Positions 50,901 to 64,000 of a stretch of DNA of 64,000 bases are shown here, one piece after another. The notes under the pieces are model-generated. The model was not told the DNA's origin. It made no database searches and was given only the letters and a program-made list of their open reading frames with translations. Source of the DNA: Takakia lepidozioides (Eukaryota > Plantae > Bryophyta). The translations under genes and the position numbers were made by a program. How positions within the stretch are numbered: position 1 is the first letter of the stretch; each line of letters begins with the position of its first letter. Location of the stretch: assembly GCA_030704615.1 (NCBI GenBank), contig CM060734.1:50716001-50780000 (forward strand), read 5' to 3'.

Positions 50901-51263
50901 TGGAGTTTAAGAACAACTCAATTCATGAGTATGTAATTGTGTAATGGTATTTACATGACTCCGCAGACGGAGAGAGGGCATACGAACTGAACTACAGACT
51001 ACACCAGTATGTGCAGCACCCTCTGCAAATTATTAATGGCGTAAAGCCTTCTTGTATGTAGCTACTTAGGGTAGCAGGACTCCCACAAAGGGAGAGACTA
51101 CATACGAACTGAGCAGCTACACAGTAGTATACCTGTGCATCACTACTACGCATGCATCCTCTTCAATTATTTACAAAAGGCTTATTGTTTGTCCCCACGT
51201 CTTAGAACGGCAAACTTGTGCTGGCCATAGTAACCTGACCTGCCGCTCTATGCCACTGGCGCC

Positions 51264-51904
51264 TCACTCATTGGCGCAGGTGGAAGGTGGCCAAGCACAG
51301 GGGGGCAGCGTCGAGACAGCATCGACGGGAAGTTCGGGAAGATATTCCCTGGAAGTAGTAGCAGACAAGTGATCTGCATCTAGTCCCTCCTCCGTGAAGC
51401 ACTTCTCGTTCGTGAATATGAAGACGCTGAACTTGCATATATAGCAGATTGTTAGATGTCGATCGCTTGCGCAGCATGCATAGCACATATGTTAATCATA
51501 ACAGCAAGATGAGGAATCTCACGGTAATGCTTAAGCTACATTAATTGGAAGATGTACATATGCACACCAGTGATCAATTACAACCTGATTTGGGACCATA
51601 ATAGTACCTGATAGATACACTCTCAAAGTGGATGGGGTCAGGATGGCGGTTGCAGCTGTAAATGCATACGCAAACAAGTGTTAGTGGCAGTACGTAATAT
51701 CGTGGTGATTACAGCAATAGCACTCCTACCTACTGAGTTCTGCGAAACTCGAGAAGATAGAAACATGAGAGCAGCTCTAAGGTTGATCTCGAAGCATTTT
51801 CCCCCTAGCACAATGGATCTCACCTCTCGACCAGGCACCAATCTTACAGGGAAGCACTTACATGCACGCGTTGCCGCATCCACAGCGGCGGCAGCAGAAT
51901 CCAT
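51264..51904 (-). CDS. Putative multi-exon gene of unknown function
   Basis: ATG at 51904 (MDSAAAAVD...), plausible GT/AG sites, and two paralogs at the start of the window. Exon structure unresolved. Confidence 0.3.
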
Positions 51905-53370
51905 GATCGCACGACATCTTGCTTCTGGAGGTTTGAGTGGAGGAGAAAAGATGTGGAGAAGCACGAAACGCTGATGATAGATGATAAAGCAAGCACAGAT
52001 ACATACCACAATGCAGTGAGAGATGAGTGCGGGCTTGCTCGCTTTTATAGAGGCAGCTCGCCTCCTCCGACCATCCCGGATACCACGATCTTCCAAAGCT
52101 TGCCGCATATTGCGCCCATCACGATCCGCGAAATTGCATGTGGAATCCACGAGAAGATGTGCCTCCCTCGCTATTCTTCATCTCTCGCCTTCCACTCCTC
52201 CATCGCCGTCACAGCATCTGCTACTTCTCTTCGAATCCAGACGGACGACGCACACGGATCGGCCAACGCTGCACAGTGTGTAATCAGACTGGAACCTGCC
52301 CCATTCCAGCCTTGCGGATTTGACCACAAGATCCCTTCAAACTCCAAAACCAGTTCGCTGCAAATGGACACGTAGAAGGCAAGATAACTACTAAAAATAG
52401 TTGCAGGAAAGCGAGGGAGTTATGAGCGAGGCTGTATGATGTGTCATGCAGATTCATTTATATGAATGGGTTTGTGGTGTTTTGCTTCCCGCGGCCCCAC
52501 TGATTGGCTCTTCCCACAGTGTCGGGTTGCCTGACCTTCCCACACTGGCCAAATGAATTGGGGTTACATAGTGAGATTTAATCCCTAACTGCCTGAGGTG
52601 TTTTTTCCAGGAGAGCAGTCTCCACAACTTGACTTCTGGAGACCAAATTGGCATAACTTTCTCAATATTTACATCCAAGTAAATTACTGCATGAATAGCT
52701 GGCTACCAGCTTGCAGCTCATAAAATTTGGGGTCTAAAAAGAGGTTGTAAATTACTTTGAGGACAAAAGTAATTCTAAAAGTAATTTTCGTGGGGGGGGG
52801 GCCAGTTTTTTTAGTATATTTTATTTTATTTTAACCAGAAAACAGCTCCCCTTCACTCATTTTCACGGTTTACAACAACACACCTTCACCTCAATGAAAG
52901 AAAACTTGGGCACCATAAAATAACTCGAGAAGGTTCAATTCATGGAATATGAATATTTACTACAGTCAATCGAATAAAAAAAATTCGGGATTCAAGTCCA
53001 TTGAAATCTCGGCCAGATGGGGGAAGTTGTGGCATCCTTCATGTACATTTGCACCTCTCACACACAGTGTGCACAGCAAATGCGAAATGACTCGTTCCAC
53101 ACAGGATCTCTGAGTTCACCTTAAGATCTTACATTCAATCCAGAATCTTGCAAACAGTGGAAAGCTTGTTTTAGGCAGAGCATGACTCGTTAATGGCCTC
53201 TTGAATTGTATGTGCTTCTTGTCTAGACTTCCTAAGGCCCCTGGTCCCCAGCATCCAATTCATCCACCCAGTACATAATTAATACATCTGATGCAATCGC
53301 CCCCCCTCTACTTCTATGTCTTGCCCCCGCCCACCTGTCCCCTGCTTACCCCCAGGTCATCACTTCAATG

Positions 53371-53372
<2 letters not shown>

Positions 53373-53408
<36 letters not shown>
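53373..53408. repeat. (CT)n microsatellite
   Basis: Directly visible. Confidence 0.95.
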
Positions 53409-53411
<3 letters not shown>

Positions 53412-54496
53412 CATGCATTATTATTGTGCTAACTACTAATGCCAGCACATGCCTCTCTCAATGTTCTTGGGTGAATGCGTCTCCTCTCTCGAGAATGACA
53501 CATTATCAGCAATCACGCACATACGTACCTAACAACAAGCTTCATCCATTGCGCCTCTGTGCCGTCCCCCACTTCCCAGTTCCTCCAAACAAATCACATC
53601 TCAGGAACAGTCAGACCTGCTCACTCCGCTAGCTCTGCTATCAATGTTTCACTCCCAGCCCTCCATCAGCAAAATTACACGATCTCATCCAAACCCAACT
53701 CCAGCCATGAGCCTGCTCAGCACTCTTACGCCCTGCATGTTGTGAGTCCTTCTAGGATTAACATAACAACCCTCAAGTCTGATAAATTTGCAAATGAAAC
53801 AGACGCAGATGGCTCTGAGTCGGATGATGATGATAATAGCTGGTAGTGTCTCTCACATTTTCCAAAGATCGCCCGAACTTCATGACACAGGTCTCACCAG
53901 GCAATGGCAGTGCTACTACATACTAGCAGCATTTTCTCCCAAAGGCCTATGCCAATTGTTACTACCTTTCAAAATGGTCCTCTACGAAAGAGAAGACGAA
54001 GAGATATAAGTAGGAGAAAACCTTTGTTTCTGAATTTTTTAAGCATTGAAAGTTCAGCATGCACATACGAAGAACAATTTGTGAAACACTGAGTTAACAA
54101 GATTCACCTACTTTGACAGTACAGGAGAAACAACTTCAAGAAAAAGTTAGACTTAGTTAGACTTATATGATAACTGAAGCATCCCAAATAACCCAAACAA
54201 GTACACTCCCAATTGAAGGGGAGGTGCTCAGTGCCCACTACTAGGTTCTCCGCTTTTCTATCATGTCAAACCTTCTGCTATGCTGGTTTATGGTCACTAG
54301 GCAAAGGCCAGGGAAGTAGTCGGCATGTATGGACTCTCTGCCACTCTCTGTCTCGATCTCTCACAAATTTAGTTCAAAAGTCCCTTTCATGAACCCAAAG
54401 TGTTTAATGTTTTGGTGACTTAAGCCCATTGCAGCTAAAAGGAAACCCTCGAGAAATGGATCTGTAATGATTTGTGGCTTTAAGTCGGGCTTAATA

Positions 54497-54575
54497 GAAG
54501 AGAAGAAGACTCCGGCCATAGCCGTAACTAAGAGCCACTTCACCTTGCGGCTACTGCCCCCTTTAGAGGGTGGGC
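54497..54575 (-). mobile_element. Short 3'-end fragment of the Dualen-like LINE family
   Basis: Reverse complement matches 47880-47955 (agggggcagtagccgcaagg.gaagtggctcttagttacg...ggccggagtcttct). Confidence 0.8.
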
Positions 54576-54699
54576 CCTATTAATGGTCGGGCTTAATGTA
54601 CTCACTAAAGCACTTGGCATAGAGCTCACAGCGAGCAGTCAACCAGAAACCCCACTCATCTTTCAGCTGCTGACAGAGATCGAGTGAATCTAGTTTGGA

Positions 54700-55860
54700 G
54701 TGACTTGACATGATACTGCCAATGTGACAACAGGAAAGTATCCAAAAAAGAGATGAGGAGAAGCTGTGGAATGAATACTTTTCTGACCCCAGTCAATGGT
54801 GGGACAACCGAGGCAAAAAGGTGAATGCCTGTTAGATTACAGAGAGTAGCAGACGCAATTCAGCATAGGAACTAGTGTGATAAGCTGAGTTGGGTGTTTC
54901 CTAGAACAAATCTAGGCTGTCATTATCAGCTGCAAGGCAAGGACGTATGCATAATTTGTGCAGAGGCACTGATAGCTGAAGGAGCAGGGATAGAGTGTGG
55001 GTCCAGATTCATCCAAGAGGGCCAGATTTCAAGCACAAGATTACCTATTATTCCCTGTGGATCAATAGCTACAAGAAACCTGCATGGGTAGATGGTCAAC
55101 TAAAGGCAGCAGCTGCAGCGGGGCATGTGAAGATGCTTTGTGAGGCAGGAAGACTGAAAGAGGCTCTACAGACTTCAAACCAAGGAGGCATTTCAGCATA
55201 TTCAGATACGTATCTCTGTCTCTTGCTTAAGTGCATCAAGATGAAAAGTTTGGAAGCTGGAAAGCAGGTGCACACTCACATTATCCAACGTGGTTTCACG
55301 CCAAGTGTTTTTCTCCTCAACACCCTTGTCAACATGTATGTTAAGTGCCGGAGCATCATGAATGCTCACCAAATGTTCAACGGAATGCCTCAACGATCTT
55401 TGATCACCTGGAATATAATGTTGGCAGGATTTACCAAGCATGGGTGTGGTAGGAATGCTTTGGAGACCTACAAGAAATCTGCGTAGGTAGATGGTCAACT
55501 GGAAACAGCAGCGGCACAATTGATAGAGCAAGGCACTGCTAATGAAGGCACCTTCTTCAACACATTTCAGCCTGTTTTTCCCTGTTATCAGAGTCGTCCC
55601 TAAACTTTCATCTTGAATTCTGCAAGTTAGCTCGTTGGTGGATCTATGGTGGTTTTGGATTGATTTTGACATGTTACTGCCAATGTGGCAACAGGGAAGT
55701 ATCGCAAAACAGATAACAGAGACGAGGAGAAGCTCTGGAATGAACACGTTTCCGACCACAGTCAAGGGTGGAACAATCCAGGCAAAAAGGTGAATGCCTG
55801 TTGGAAGCGCAAGTCGCATAGGAACTAGTGTGGTAAGTATGGTTGGGGTGTTTGCTAGAT
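54700..55860 (+). pseudogene. PPR gene fragment, inverted paralog of the 23200-26600 modules
   Basis: ORF 54995-55486 reads LCEAGRLKEAL...NTLVNMYVKC...ITWNIMLAG, then is truncated. Confidence 0.85.
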
Positions 55861-56472
55861 CCTGCCATAGCAGATGTTCACAGCTATCTTACCAATCCTG
55901 TCTCTCACACCGGGTGCCCTTTGTTACCTTCCATGTAATAGGTGCTTCCAGTGAAGTCTCCTACCCGTAGTATACAATTCTTTCATCTGATCAACCACGC
56001 TCCAACCCAGCACTTTGTCATGCTTTCTTGCCTGGAGCCAAGGTTTTCATATTTGAGCCTGTCCAACCGAAGCTTTTCAACTCCTTTCTGGACCCTCTCC
56101 CCTTACCATCTGAATTAATCCTTCATGCTGTCAACATTCCACATTACCTTTTCTTCTTCATTTCATGGATTTCCAACAGGAACCACTTCTCATTATTATG
56201 GTTCGCCTATACTTCCGTGTCCCCCTTGTTTGCCCTTTCCTCCTCCTGCCTTCCTCTCAGAGAGGATGCGTACAAGCAGTTGGGCGACAATCTACCTTGG
56301 GAACTGCCATAGCCTCCCACAGCCAATGACATCCAATTTTTCCCAAGAATGAAAATGACATTGTCTGAGAGAAATGAAATGAAATGGAACTTTATAACGT
56401 CCGCGAAAGAAAGAGAGGAAAGAGGAAAGGACAAGGATCATGAGTGGCTCTGACCAAGGCAGTCAGGCCTAC

Positions 56473-56700
56473 CTTCCGGTGCTTGCCAATGATGTTGCCA
56501 TGATTCCGAATGAAAACTGCAGTGTTCCAGAGGGTGCCTCCATGGGCGGCATCTCGCTCCCAGATGGGGCTCACAATCACCATGTCATATTTCCTTGCAA
56601 GCTCCTGCATCAGTTTTGTTTTTACCCGTCTCAGCACTCTCAGAAAATTCCCACCAGCTGCGTTCCCGTGACAAAATGCAAATTGCATTGTCCATGCTTC
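56473..56700 (-). pseudogene. Isolated frameshifted exon of beta-ureidopropionase (PYD3-like, nitrilase family)
   Basis: EAWTMQFAFC...QELARKYDMVIVSPIWERDAAHGGTLWNTAV...GNIIGKHRK bounded by AG/GT. Flanking exons not found. Confidence 0.8.
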
Positions 56701-57386
56701 CTGCTAGCCCATTTGTTATGAAATTTCATGCTTGCATGAAAAATAACATGTTCACTCTGTTTCCCACCTTCTCGCCTAGGAGGCACGTTTTTGGGGAACA
56801 GAGTATGAGTGTACTAACCATCACAGAGACATTGCTGCCATTGACCTTTCTGCTACAACCTGTTTCCAAAAGGATGACATTTTGGATAATATAGTACTGC
56901 CACAGCTAAGCCATCAATGTCCCACTTCCAAGATTACGATCACCTCAAATTGATATTTGACGTATCGAGAGGTAAATGTAGGTAATAAACACTCTTGGAT
57001 CCGTTACGGAGAGAGAAGTACGAGTGTATCACCAGCCTCCCAGCCCCCCTTTCTTATTGCAGAAAGAAACTATCTAGTTCCCGTGACTAAGAGGTTCCCA
57101 ACCACCCGCAAAGGGCTTGCGTGAAGAGAAAAAATACCAGCAGTGTAGTCTCTTGTGAAGATTAATGGTGTACTCGCGGGTGACTGCCTCATGCCCTTCT
57201 CCACCATCGTGCTTACAACTCCTAGGGCTGAGGCAGAGCTTCACCTGTGCTTGAGAGAGGGAAAGGAACCATTGTTTCGTGGACCGTCTGGATTTGCTTC
57301 CATTACCGGCACTAACAGGTCAAGCATTAGGGCTCAGGGTTTTAGTTTTCGATCTCATCTTTCGTTTTGGGGGTAGGTGACGAGCA

Positions 57387-57730
57387 ATGGCATCTATGCG
57401 AATTGGAGCTCTGCTGTCAATCCCTTCTTTCAACAATGCGCTGGAGGCACCTGCCCATGCTTTAAAAGGCACTGGTTCAAGGGTCCTACTCTCCTCCCAT
57501 TGCTTTGGAGCTGGAGGTCTAATTAGGATCGAATGCAAAAGTGGAGGAGGAATTGGCAGCAAAAGAAGGGGTCGGCAATCGGTGAGTATAAAACGACATC
57601 ACTGGAAGTGTTGGGGTTTTGAGAAAGTGTGAGCCCTTGAATGCTGTAGTATATCAGACCTGGCAACCTCCCTCGAATATTTGGGTCTTCTTTCCTTCCT
57701 CTTTAAATATGAGTGTACGGTGTGTGACAC

Positions 57731-57788
<58 letters not shown>

Positions 57789-58167
57789 CAATGGTACTTT
57801 GACAACCAATTTATTTGTATAGCACATTTGCTTCTGTTGTTGTGATCAGGGAAGGAGAGATCCCAAATTAGAGGAGAAGGAACAGATGTTGCCCTTCCTG
57901 GAAACACAAGAGCGAATGTGGTTAGAGGCAAACAAGCAGATCCTGGTGGATGCTGAGATTTTACTGGAGCAGTCTAATAGTAAGTTTGGGCTTGTACTAG
58001 AAATTGCTGAGGAAGCCAATGAGTATCTTAGGCATAACAAGGATGAGAGCCTGACGAGGAAACCAATTCTGAAGGTTATAAGTGATCGAATCAATGAGGG
58101 CGCAGGAGAGCAGGTGGTGGATTCATATATTGAGGATTCAAATGACCTTATTGACCCCATTGATTAG
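57387..58167 (+). CDS. PTAC7: pTAC7/PAP12-like (omega-like subunit of plastid-encoded RNA polymerase); exons 57387-57581 and 57850-58167
   Basis: Phase-0 GT-AG intron gives 170 aa with a transit-peptide-like N-terminus. LPFLE.Q.R...D.E.LL...N.KF..V.EIA.EANEY...N.DE...KPIL.V.S.R.N recalls pTAC7 and cyanobacterial omega. Confidence 0.7.
57733..57786. repeat. (GA)n microsatellite in the intron
   Basis: Directly visible. Confidence 0.95.
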
Positions 58168-59737
58168 ATCCACCTTTGATTGGTAAGCAGTGTTTATGTC
58201 TTGTAAAAATGCAGGGAGCATCACAAAGAGACCATAGAAGGTACTAGTATGTTGGATCATTCTTTTACTGAGGGCTTATGTGTTGTAAACTAATCTGGGC
58301 CTTCTGTGAAAGATGTTGGGTAGTTATGGTCAATGTGATGAAGTTTTAGTATTCATGAATGGTACTGTTTTAATTATATATACCATGTTCTGGAATTTAC
58401 CCCCTCTTGAGAAAATCGACATATCCAGGTAGATTGTATACACCTGTGGTTTTTTGTGATTACAGTGCATGTTTGTTAGGTTGCAATATACTTCTTAACA
58501 CCAATCTCCTACCACAAGGGTTGATTTGAAGTTGTTTTGTAGTCTTCAGAACTTGGGTTGAAGTGCATGGACCTCGTTATGGTGCAATGGCAGCACCTTT
58601 GAGTTCAGTGTAAGTTTTGCACAACATGGAGGGGTTTGGTGTCCATGAGCTCATGGAAGCAGTGTATGTCATATTGAAGGTGGTCAAAACTTCTCTGCAT
58701 GCAAATACATGTTCTGGTGCAGCTGTAGACCAATGGAAAGATTGAACTGACGGGCTTAATCAATCACTCACTATGACATTACAACCTGATTTTGTGTGAA
58801 GTTGCAGAGCTTGAGTTGAAAGTTGTAAATACATGTTTACTTCCAGTGCAAATTATATTTCTGGAAGGTGCCTTGTTAAGATCCACCATTAAAAAGGATG
58901 TATGTTGAGAGGGTGGTGAAAGGAACTATTGAAGATAAAGCCCCTCACCAAGGTAATGTATGTCCCCTCTTGTTCCACCCACACTGGGCACAGGGTTTAT
59001 AGCCCTGAGTCATGCGTCCTCTCTCTCTATTCTAAGGATTGCAGTTTTTGGCCTAGACAATCTTTATTTCTCTTGTTCTACTACGCCCCAAAGACACCCT
59101 GAGGTGTACATAGATGTAGCAAATTTCCTCAACACTATCCCGGCCAGCCCATTGGGCCTCCTCGTTTCCTTGCAACTCCCCATTCTGCACAGGGAATCAG
59201 TCCCTCAATCAAAAATGAAGTATGCAGTTGTGCACACCATTGTTATCAACTTTGCAAGCCAAATGCAATCCACATTTGTATCACTGGAAGAGTCCAAATC
59301 TGTATATTCAAGACATCTCGGTGTGGACTGTGATGTGGCAATATGCTTTACAGACATCCTCATCTAAGATGCCTACAACGCATTTTCTTTTCTTCTTCCG
59401 GATGAGTGTGCGTGATTGTGCAGAGGCATCTCGTGATTAGTTCTCTCTTTTTTGCAAGTCATAGTGCTTCTACAACGTCGAACAATGAAGTCTACAAAGC
59501 ACGGAAAGTATGTTGCACATGATGTAGGCGATGCTAAGCTAATGACATTCACGAAAGACGTTGGACTCAGATCATTCATAACCGAGTACAGCCACCACTG
59601 CGCTCATGGATGATGCTTTTTCCTTCATAAGGAGCATTCCTCAACTCAGAATCTAATCTCCAACTGATTGCTGACCAAGCTCCTCATGACGATCAACTAC
59701 TCCTCCTGTCCAGCAAATCTTGGACTACAAAATGTGA

Positions 59738-60352
59738 CTACTTTCGGTGCCGGTCACGGCGCCGAAGCTTCCTCTGCTTGTGCTTATTCATTTTCTTTTT
59801 CCTCTTTCGCTTTACACTGCTAGTCTCCAAAGGCGTGTGTCCGTTCGCCCCTGGCAACAACATACCCCAATCTTCTGCAGCTAAATGAGGGTTGAGAATT
59901 GCTTCTCTTAAAGAAGTGTCATGCCGAGGCCCTGGAGTACAAAGTTTTGGCACAAAACGCGAACGCTGAGCTGACTGCTGGAAAACACCCTGCTCCACAG
60001 GCGCCGTCGAATCTGACTTTGGCACATTCCCCACCTTTTTCCACCACTGAGTTTCCCCCGACTCTATGCACGAAGGGTAGCCATCCCTCACAGCTACTCT
60101 GTCCACTACCTGGATCCAAATGTGACTCGTTTGACCTTCAGATCTCTCTGGCCACATTACAACAGCCTCCCTTCCTGCATTCGCGTGACTTCCCTGTTTG
60201 ATCCATCCCTGACGAGCTACTGATCTGGTCGTTTCACACACCGCTCCATGCTTCTGCCCTTGTATACATGCAGCATCCGACAAAAGCTTGCGGTGAAGAA
60301 ATTGCAGAGCGCGCGAGGAAACAGAAATTCCCTGCGATGTGCGAGATCCCAT
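59738..60352 (-). CDS. Mitochondrial mS38/COX24/AURKAIP1-like protein (DUF1713 C-terminus), 204 aa
   Basis: C-terminal SSVKRKRKKKMNKHKQRKLRRRDR signature; first ATG at 60352. Confidence 0.8.
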   Translation of the reverse strand: MGSRTSQGISVSSRALQFLHRKLLSDAACIQGQKHGAVCETTRSVARQGWIKQGSHANAGREAVVMWPERSEGQTSHIWIQVVDRVAVRDGYPSCIESGETQWWKKVGNVPKSDSTAPVEQGVFQQSAQRSRFVPKLCTPGPRHDTSLREAILNPHLAAEDWGMLLPGANGHTPLETSSVKRKRKKKMNKHKQRKLRRRDRHRK

Positions 60353-62134
60353 CAAGGCCGCGATCCAGCCAGCGTCCCACCCCCAAAACGAAAGATGAGA
60401 TCGAAAACTAAAACCCTGAGCCCTACTGCTTGACCTGTGACGGAGGCAAATCCAGACGGTCCACGAAACAATCGTTCCTTTCCCTCTCTCAAGCACAGGT
60501 GAAGCTCTTTATATTTGTATTAGTGGGGGCAGCAATATAGATAGTTAGTCATATGGGCAGTCATAGTGATATAGGCTAGTCATTTGCTACTGACAGCCGT
60601 TATGTGAACAGGAGCCCTCCAACCAGGCCATCACTGCCAGGGAAGCTCTTCTTCCCGCGACCATGCTCCAGGGGTCCTTCTTTCCTTGTGTCTGTCTACA
60701 TCGGACGTCTGTCTATGAAAACATATCGGGATTGTAATGCTAGCAGCTTGCGAGGATTTTGGGAACTCTGACTGCGCGAGAGAGAAGGCCGGGGTCGCTA
60801 GTGAGCATCAAATCTCTTACTCGGGTGGCCTCTTAGTATTTGCGGATGGACGTCTGTTTTTATTTATGGGTTTGCAGTATCAATATCCCTGTTGTGAACG
60901 ACATGAGGCACTAAAGGGTAATCAAACTCTGGCCCATGAGTCTTATGGTAATTTATGATGTTTACAACCTTACCCTCTGAACTTCAGGAATGGGTCCTCC
61001 GAATTGTTAGATCAACCGACCCCCTGCGTGCGAGCGGATGCGCAGGTGTTTGGGGCAGATGACTTAAGCGTGTGGAAATGTTTGATTGCGAATGGCTTCT
61101 TCTTGACGTTTTTTACTTTACCTCTGCATTAGTACTTATTTGGTTGGGCTGTTAATTGTCACTTGCCATTGGTGCTACTTCGTGCAGTTATGGACGAACT
61201 ATTATTAACACCAGTCCAGAAGGGGAAGTGAGGAGTTTCATTAACCAGATTCTGTACACCTTGGGCTGTGGATTTGGTCGTTCCTTAGACCTGACTGTGG
61301 TTCTGGGTTTTGATAATTCTTTAGACTCCAATGTGTTGAGAGGTTCCAGCTACATCAACACAAGAGAGGTCTTGTAGACCTTGATTATGGATTACCGGGG
61401 AGAAGTTTGGTGGATTTGCGATGGGTTCCTGGACCTTCATTGTCGAATGATCCAAAGAAACTGGGGTGTATAAGGGAGGCGCAAAGCAAGCCATGACAAA
61501 GCTTTACATGGTGACATCTGGATGAAGAGAGGATCCTTGTAGTTTTGATTCGAAGAGGTAAATGACACCTGGTTTCTTAATTTTCTGCATGGCAGACTTT
61601 GCATGCACTTGGTCTGGTATACTTTTGAAGTCAGCCAAAATTGCTCATGCTAGTCACTATAATGATCTTGACTTGCAAAAATTGAAGTTCCTCTTTCTTG
61701 GTTAGAGTGGTTACAAAGTGTCTTTTGTGTCATTGTTTCCGCTGCTTTTGGGTCTTGTGCTGAAAGGACCTCACCATCAGTTGGAGTGTCAATTGTCACT
61801 CTCCCAGTTATAGTGTCAAGTAGCACTGCACTTGGCAGGAGGCATGTTGGTGAGCAATGTATTTGTTGGTGGCAGGGTGGCTCATGGCTCATAAAACCTT
61901 GTTAGAGAATGGTCCACTGGCTACACCACCAAGTACACCAACAAGTGCCAGGTTTGTCTTTGTCTCATACAAAATTTGGTTGTCATTGTTTTAACTTAAC
62001 CAAGGGTGATTCTGTTGGGATGCCATTGTGGCATTGGGGCTGTCTACATGCTTGTCTTGACTCCCTGTTTCTAGAAAGTGATGACTCATATGTGTTGGTT
62101 GTCCTTTTTGTTCAGGTCAGACAGTGGTGGGAGC

Positions 62135-63558
62135 ATGAGGGACAGTCAAGAGAGACCGGTGCTGACATCTCCCCGAAATCAGTGGGGTGTGCTGAGCTTG
62201 CTGTGGGGTTCTGCTAAAGATGAGCAGGTTGGCTTACCATGGTATGACCTTTCCTGCTGTTCAAGTCTTTGTTTCGTGTCTTCTTTAGTCTTCAGAACTG
62301 CCATTAGAAGATTCAATTCCTGGCTTATAAGTTTCCCTTTCTCTTTGGTAGATTGTGTTCCACTTGTGACATCGTCCTTTTGTTGACCTAAGCTGTGTGC
62401 TGCTGGTTGCGTGGCAGATAGAGGCCCTTGTAAAGGAAGTGCAGTCATTGCGAGGAGAAATTGTAGCCGTAGAGGAGCGGGAAACCACACTGCTAGCCCA
62501 GTATGTCCATCCTCTTTCTCTAACATTTCATACACGGCATTCACGGATACGAGATTTACCATCTTTCAACTGAGAACGGAAACTAGCACACCTCTGCCAT
62601 TCACCTGAGGTTATGTCCAGCAACCAATGGTAGAACTCTGCTGAAAGCTGGGCCTACCAATGGCTTGTTTATCATTCAGAGGGGTTGATCACTCCTTTCA
62701 AGAAGGCCAGGTTATTCAGGCTGATACTTGTAGCTCAACCTTCGCTTTGGGCATGGTGATCTGTTGTATGATATGTTTAGAGTCTAGCTGGTGGGGAAGT
62801 GATTTCCCGCTTGTAGATTCTTTTGTGCTAAAAACTTTCTCATCTGAAGGACCCCGGCATTTTAAAACATCTCGTCAGGGGTTCTACACAAAATGTGATG
62901 ACAAGCTTTTCTTTACTGCTAACTGTGGAAATTTCTGGCTTACACTGTGAGATGATCGTAGAAACCTGTTAGGATTTGATACAGGACGTGCCATGTGGGA
63001 CAGATTGGACCATGTTGATAAAGTGCTTCGGACAGCTCAGCTTGCAAGCTACCTGCACACACGCACAGTGAGTCTTCAGTGGCGTAGTGGGCTTAGATTC
63101 TGCCAAATCCTATACCATGTTTGTGTGTGAACCTCGCTTCTGGAGTGGGGAAGTGATGATAGGGAGGCTAAGGAGGGAGATAATATCAGGGAGTTATTGA
63201 TCTGAATGTTTAAGCGAGGAAATCTAGGTCGGCTGACTGCCCTTTATAGTTCCGAGAAGCAGAACAATGCAACTATCTTTCAATGTAAGCTTACTGTGCA
63301 GCAGTAAGGTTCCCTCCCGTTTTTTCCCTTCGTCTGGGGTTCTCACAATGATTGCATGCTTCTGAGAGGTTGCTATCTGGCTTGATATATTCTCAAAATA
63401 GAAAGCGGTGAGATAATAGTTGGTGGCCGGTTATGTGGAGCAGAGATGGACAGCGTTGCCAGGGGAACCACCATTGGATGATACAGATGTTGATGATTGG
63501 TTGCTCCGGTTTCTTGTGCTTCGTGGGTCCTCTATCTGTTTCTACCTCCGTGCAACAG
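62135..63558 (+). CDS. Plant coiled-coil plus PH-domain protein, 3'-partial; exons 62135-62227, 62418-62500, 63004-63067, 63444-63558
   Basis: GT-AG introns join in frame: ...EVQSLRGEIVAVEERETTLLAQLDHVDKVLRTAQLASYLHTRTRWTALPGEPPLDDTDVDDWLLRFLVLRGSSICFY. Confidence 0.8.
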
Positions 63559-64000
63559 GTGCATGTTATTTTGTATTGTCTCTTCTGTGTGGGAAGTATG
63601 GACATACAGTAGCTTGCTTTTGGAGAGATGCTGATCACCCTGGTACAAGAGAGAAGATAATGTGGGTAACCCAAGTAGATGTTGGCTTGCCCAGACACAA
63701 TTCATTCTAGTTCCCAGAAGTCTAAAATCACATTCTCATGGGAGGAAGATTCTTTTGTATTATTCCATGTTTCACAGTATAGCCAGAGTATTGTGTTATT
63801 GTTGTCAGTATGGTAGTTTTTTGAGTCACCGTACCATCATTGTGCCAGATTTGAGACCCCAATGCACTATAATGCAGAGTGAGATTGTAGAGGCAGGCCC
63901 CATCCCTCAACACCTGCACCATCAGGGTGATCCACGTTGGTCGGCATTTCACATCACAACTTGCCATGGCTTACGTCTCGAGTGCTCTTCGCTTGTGAAT

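Noticed and set aside
51780-51904. PPC/DUF296 domain suggested by FPVRLVPGRE
   Set aside because: The downstream diagnostic motifs (FEIVSL.G, HLH, GGH) were not found.
58600-59370. Possible degraded LINE remnant on the minus strand
   Set aside because: Only vague similarity and no diagnostic motif in a readable frame.
60353-60496. 48-aa N-terminal extension of the mS38-like ORF
   Set aside because: It starts at a non-ATG codon and lies in the leader duplicated upstream of the pTAC7-like gene. The ATG at 60352 is more plausible.

Overview
Eukaryotic nuclear DNA, most likely from a non-seed land plant (inferred from PLS-type PPR fragments, a Tcn1-like chromovirus and plant organellar genes). 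About 2.8-48 kb is a nested transposon pile. It holds a self-priming Tcn1/Tf1-like chromovirus (5988-12273), CACTA pieces, a Dualen/RandI-like LINE 3' end and a tRNA-Met-primed chromovirus (29347-47371). It also holds two diverged copies of an unusual Ty3/gypsy-type element whose polyprotein runs gag-protease-DNMT3-like C5 methyltransferase-RT-RNase H-DDE integrase-PHD finger. These elements do not have normal LTRs. The complete copy (34811-45873, 4-bp TSD GGCC) has split direct repeats, A-[internal]-PPT-B-gc-A-B, and its integrated ends correspond to a palindromic internal junction (GACAGCTGTC). This suggests integration of a circular intermediate by a DDE integrase. The second copy shows the same 3' architecture once a ~15-kb inversion (12640-27639) is undone. 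The right end holds host genes: a pTAC7/PAP12-like gene, an mS38/COX24-like gene, a PH-domain gene, and beta-ureidopropionase and PPR pseudogene fragments. All family calls come from motif recognition by eye; no searches were run.
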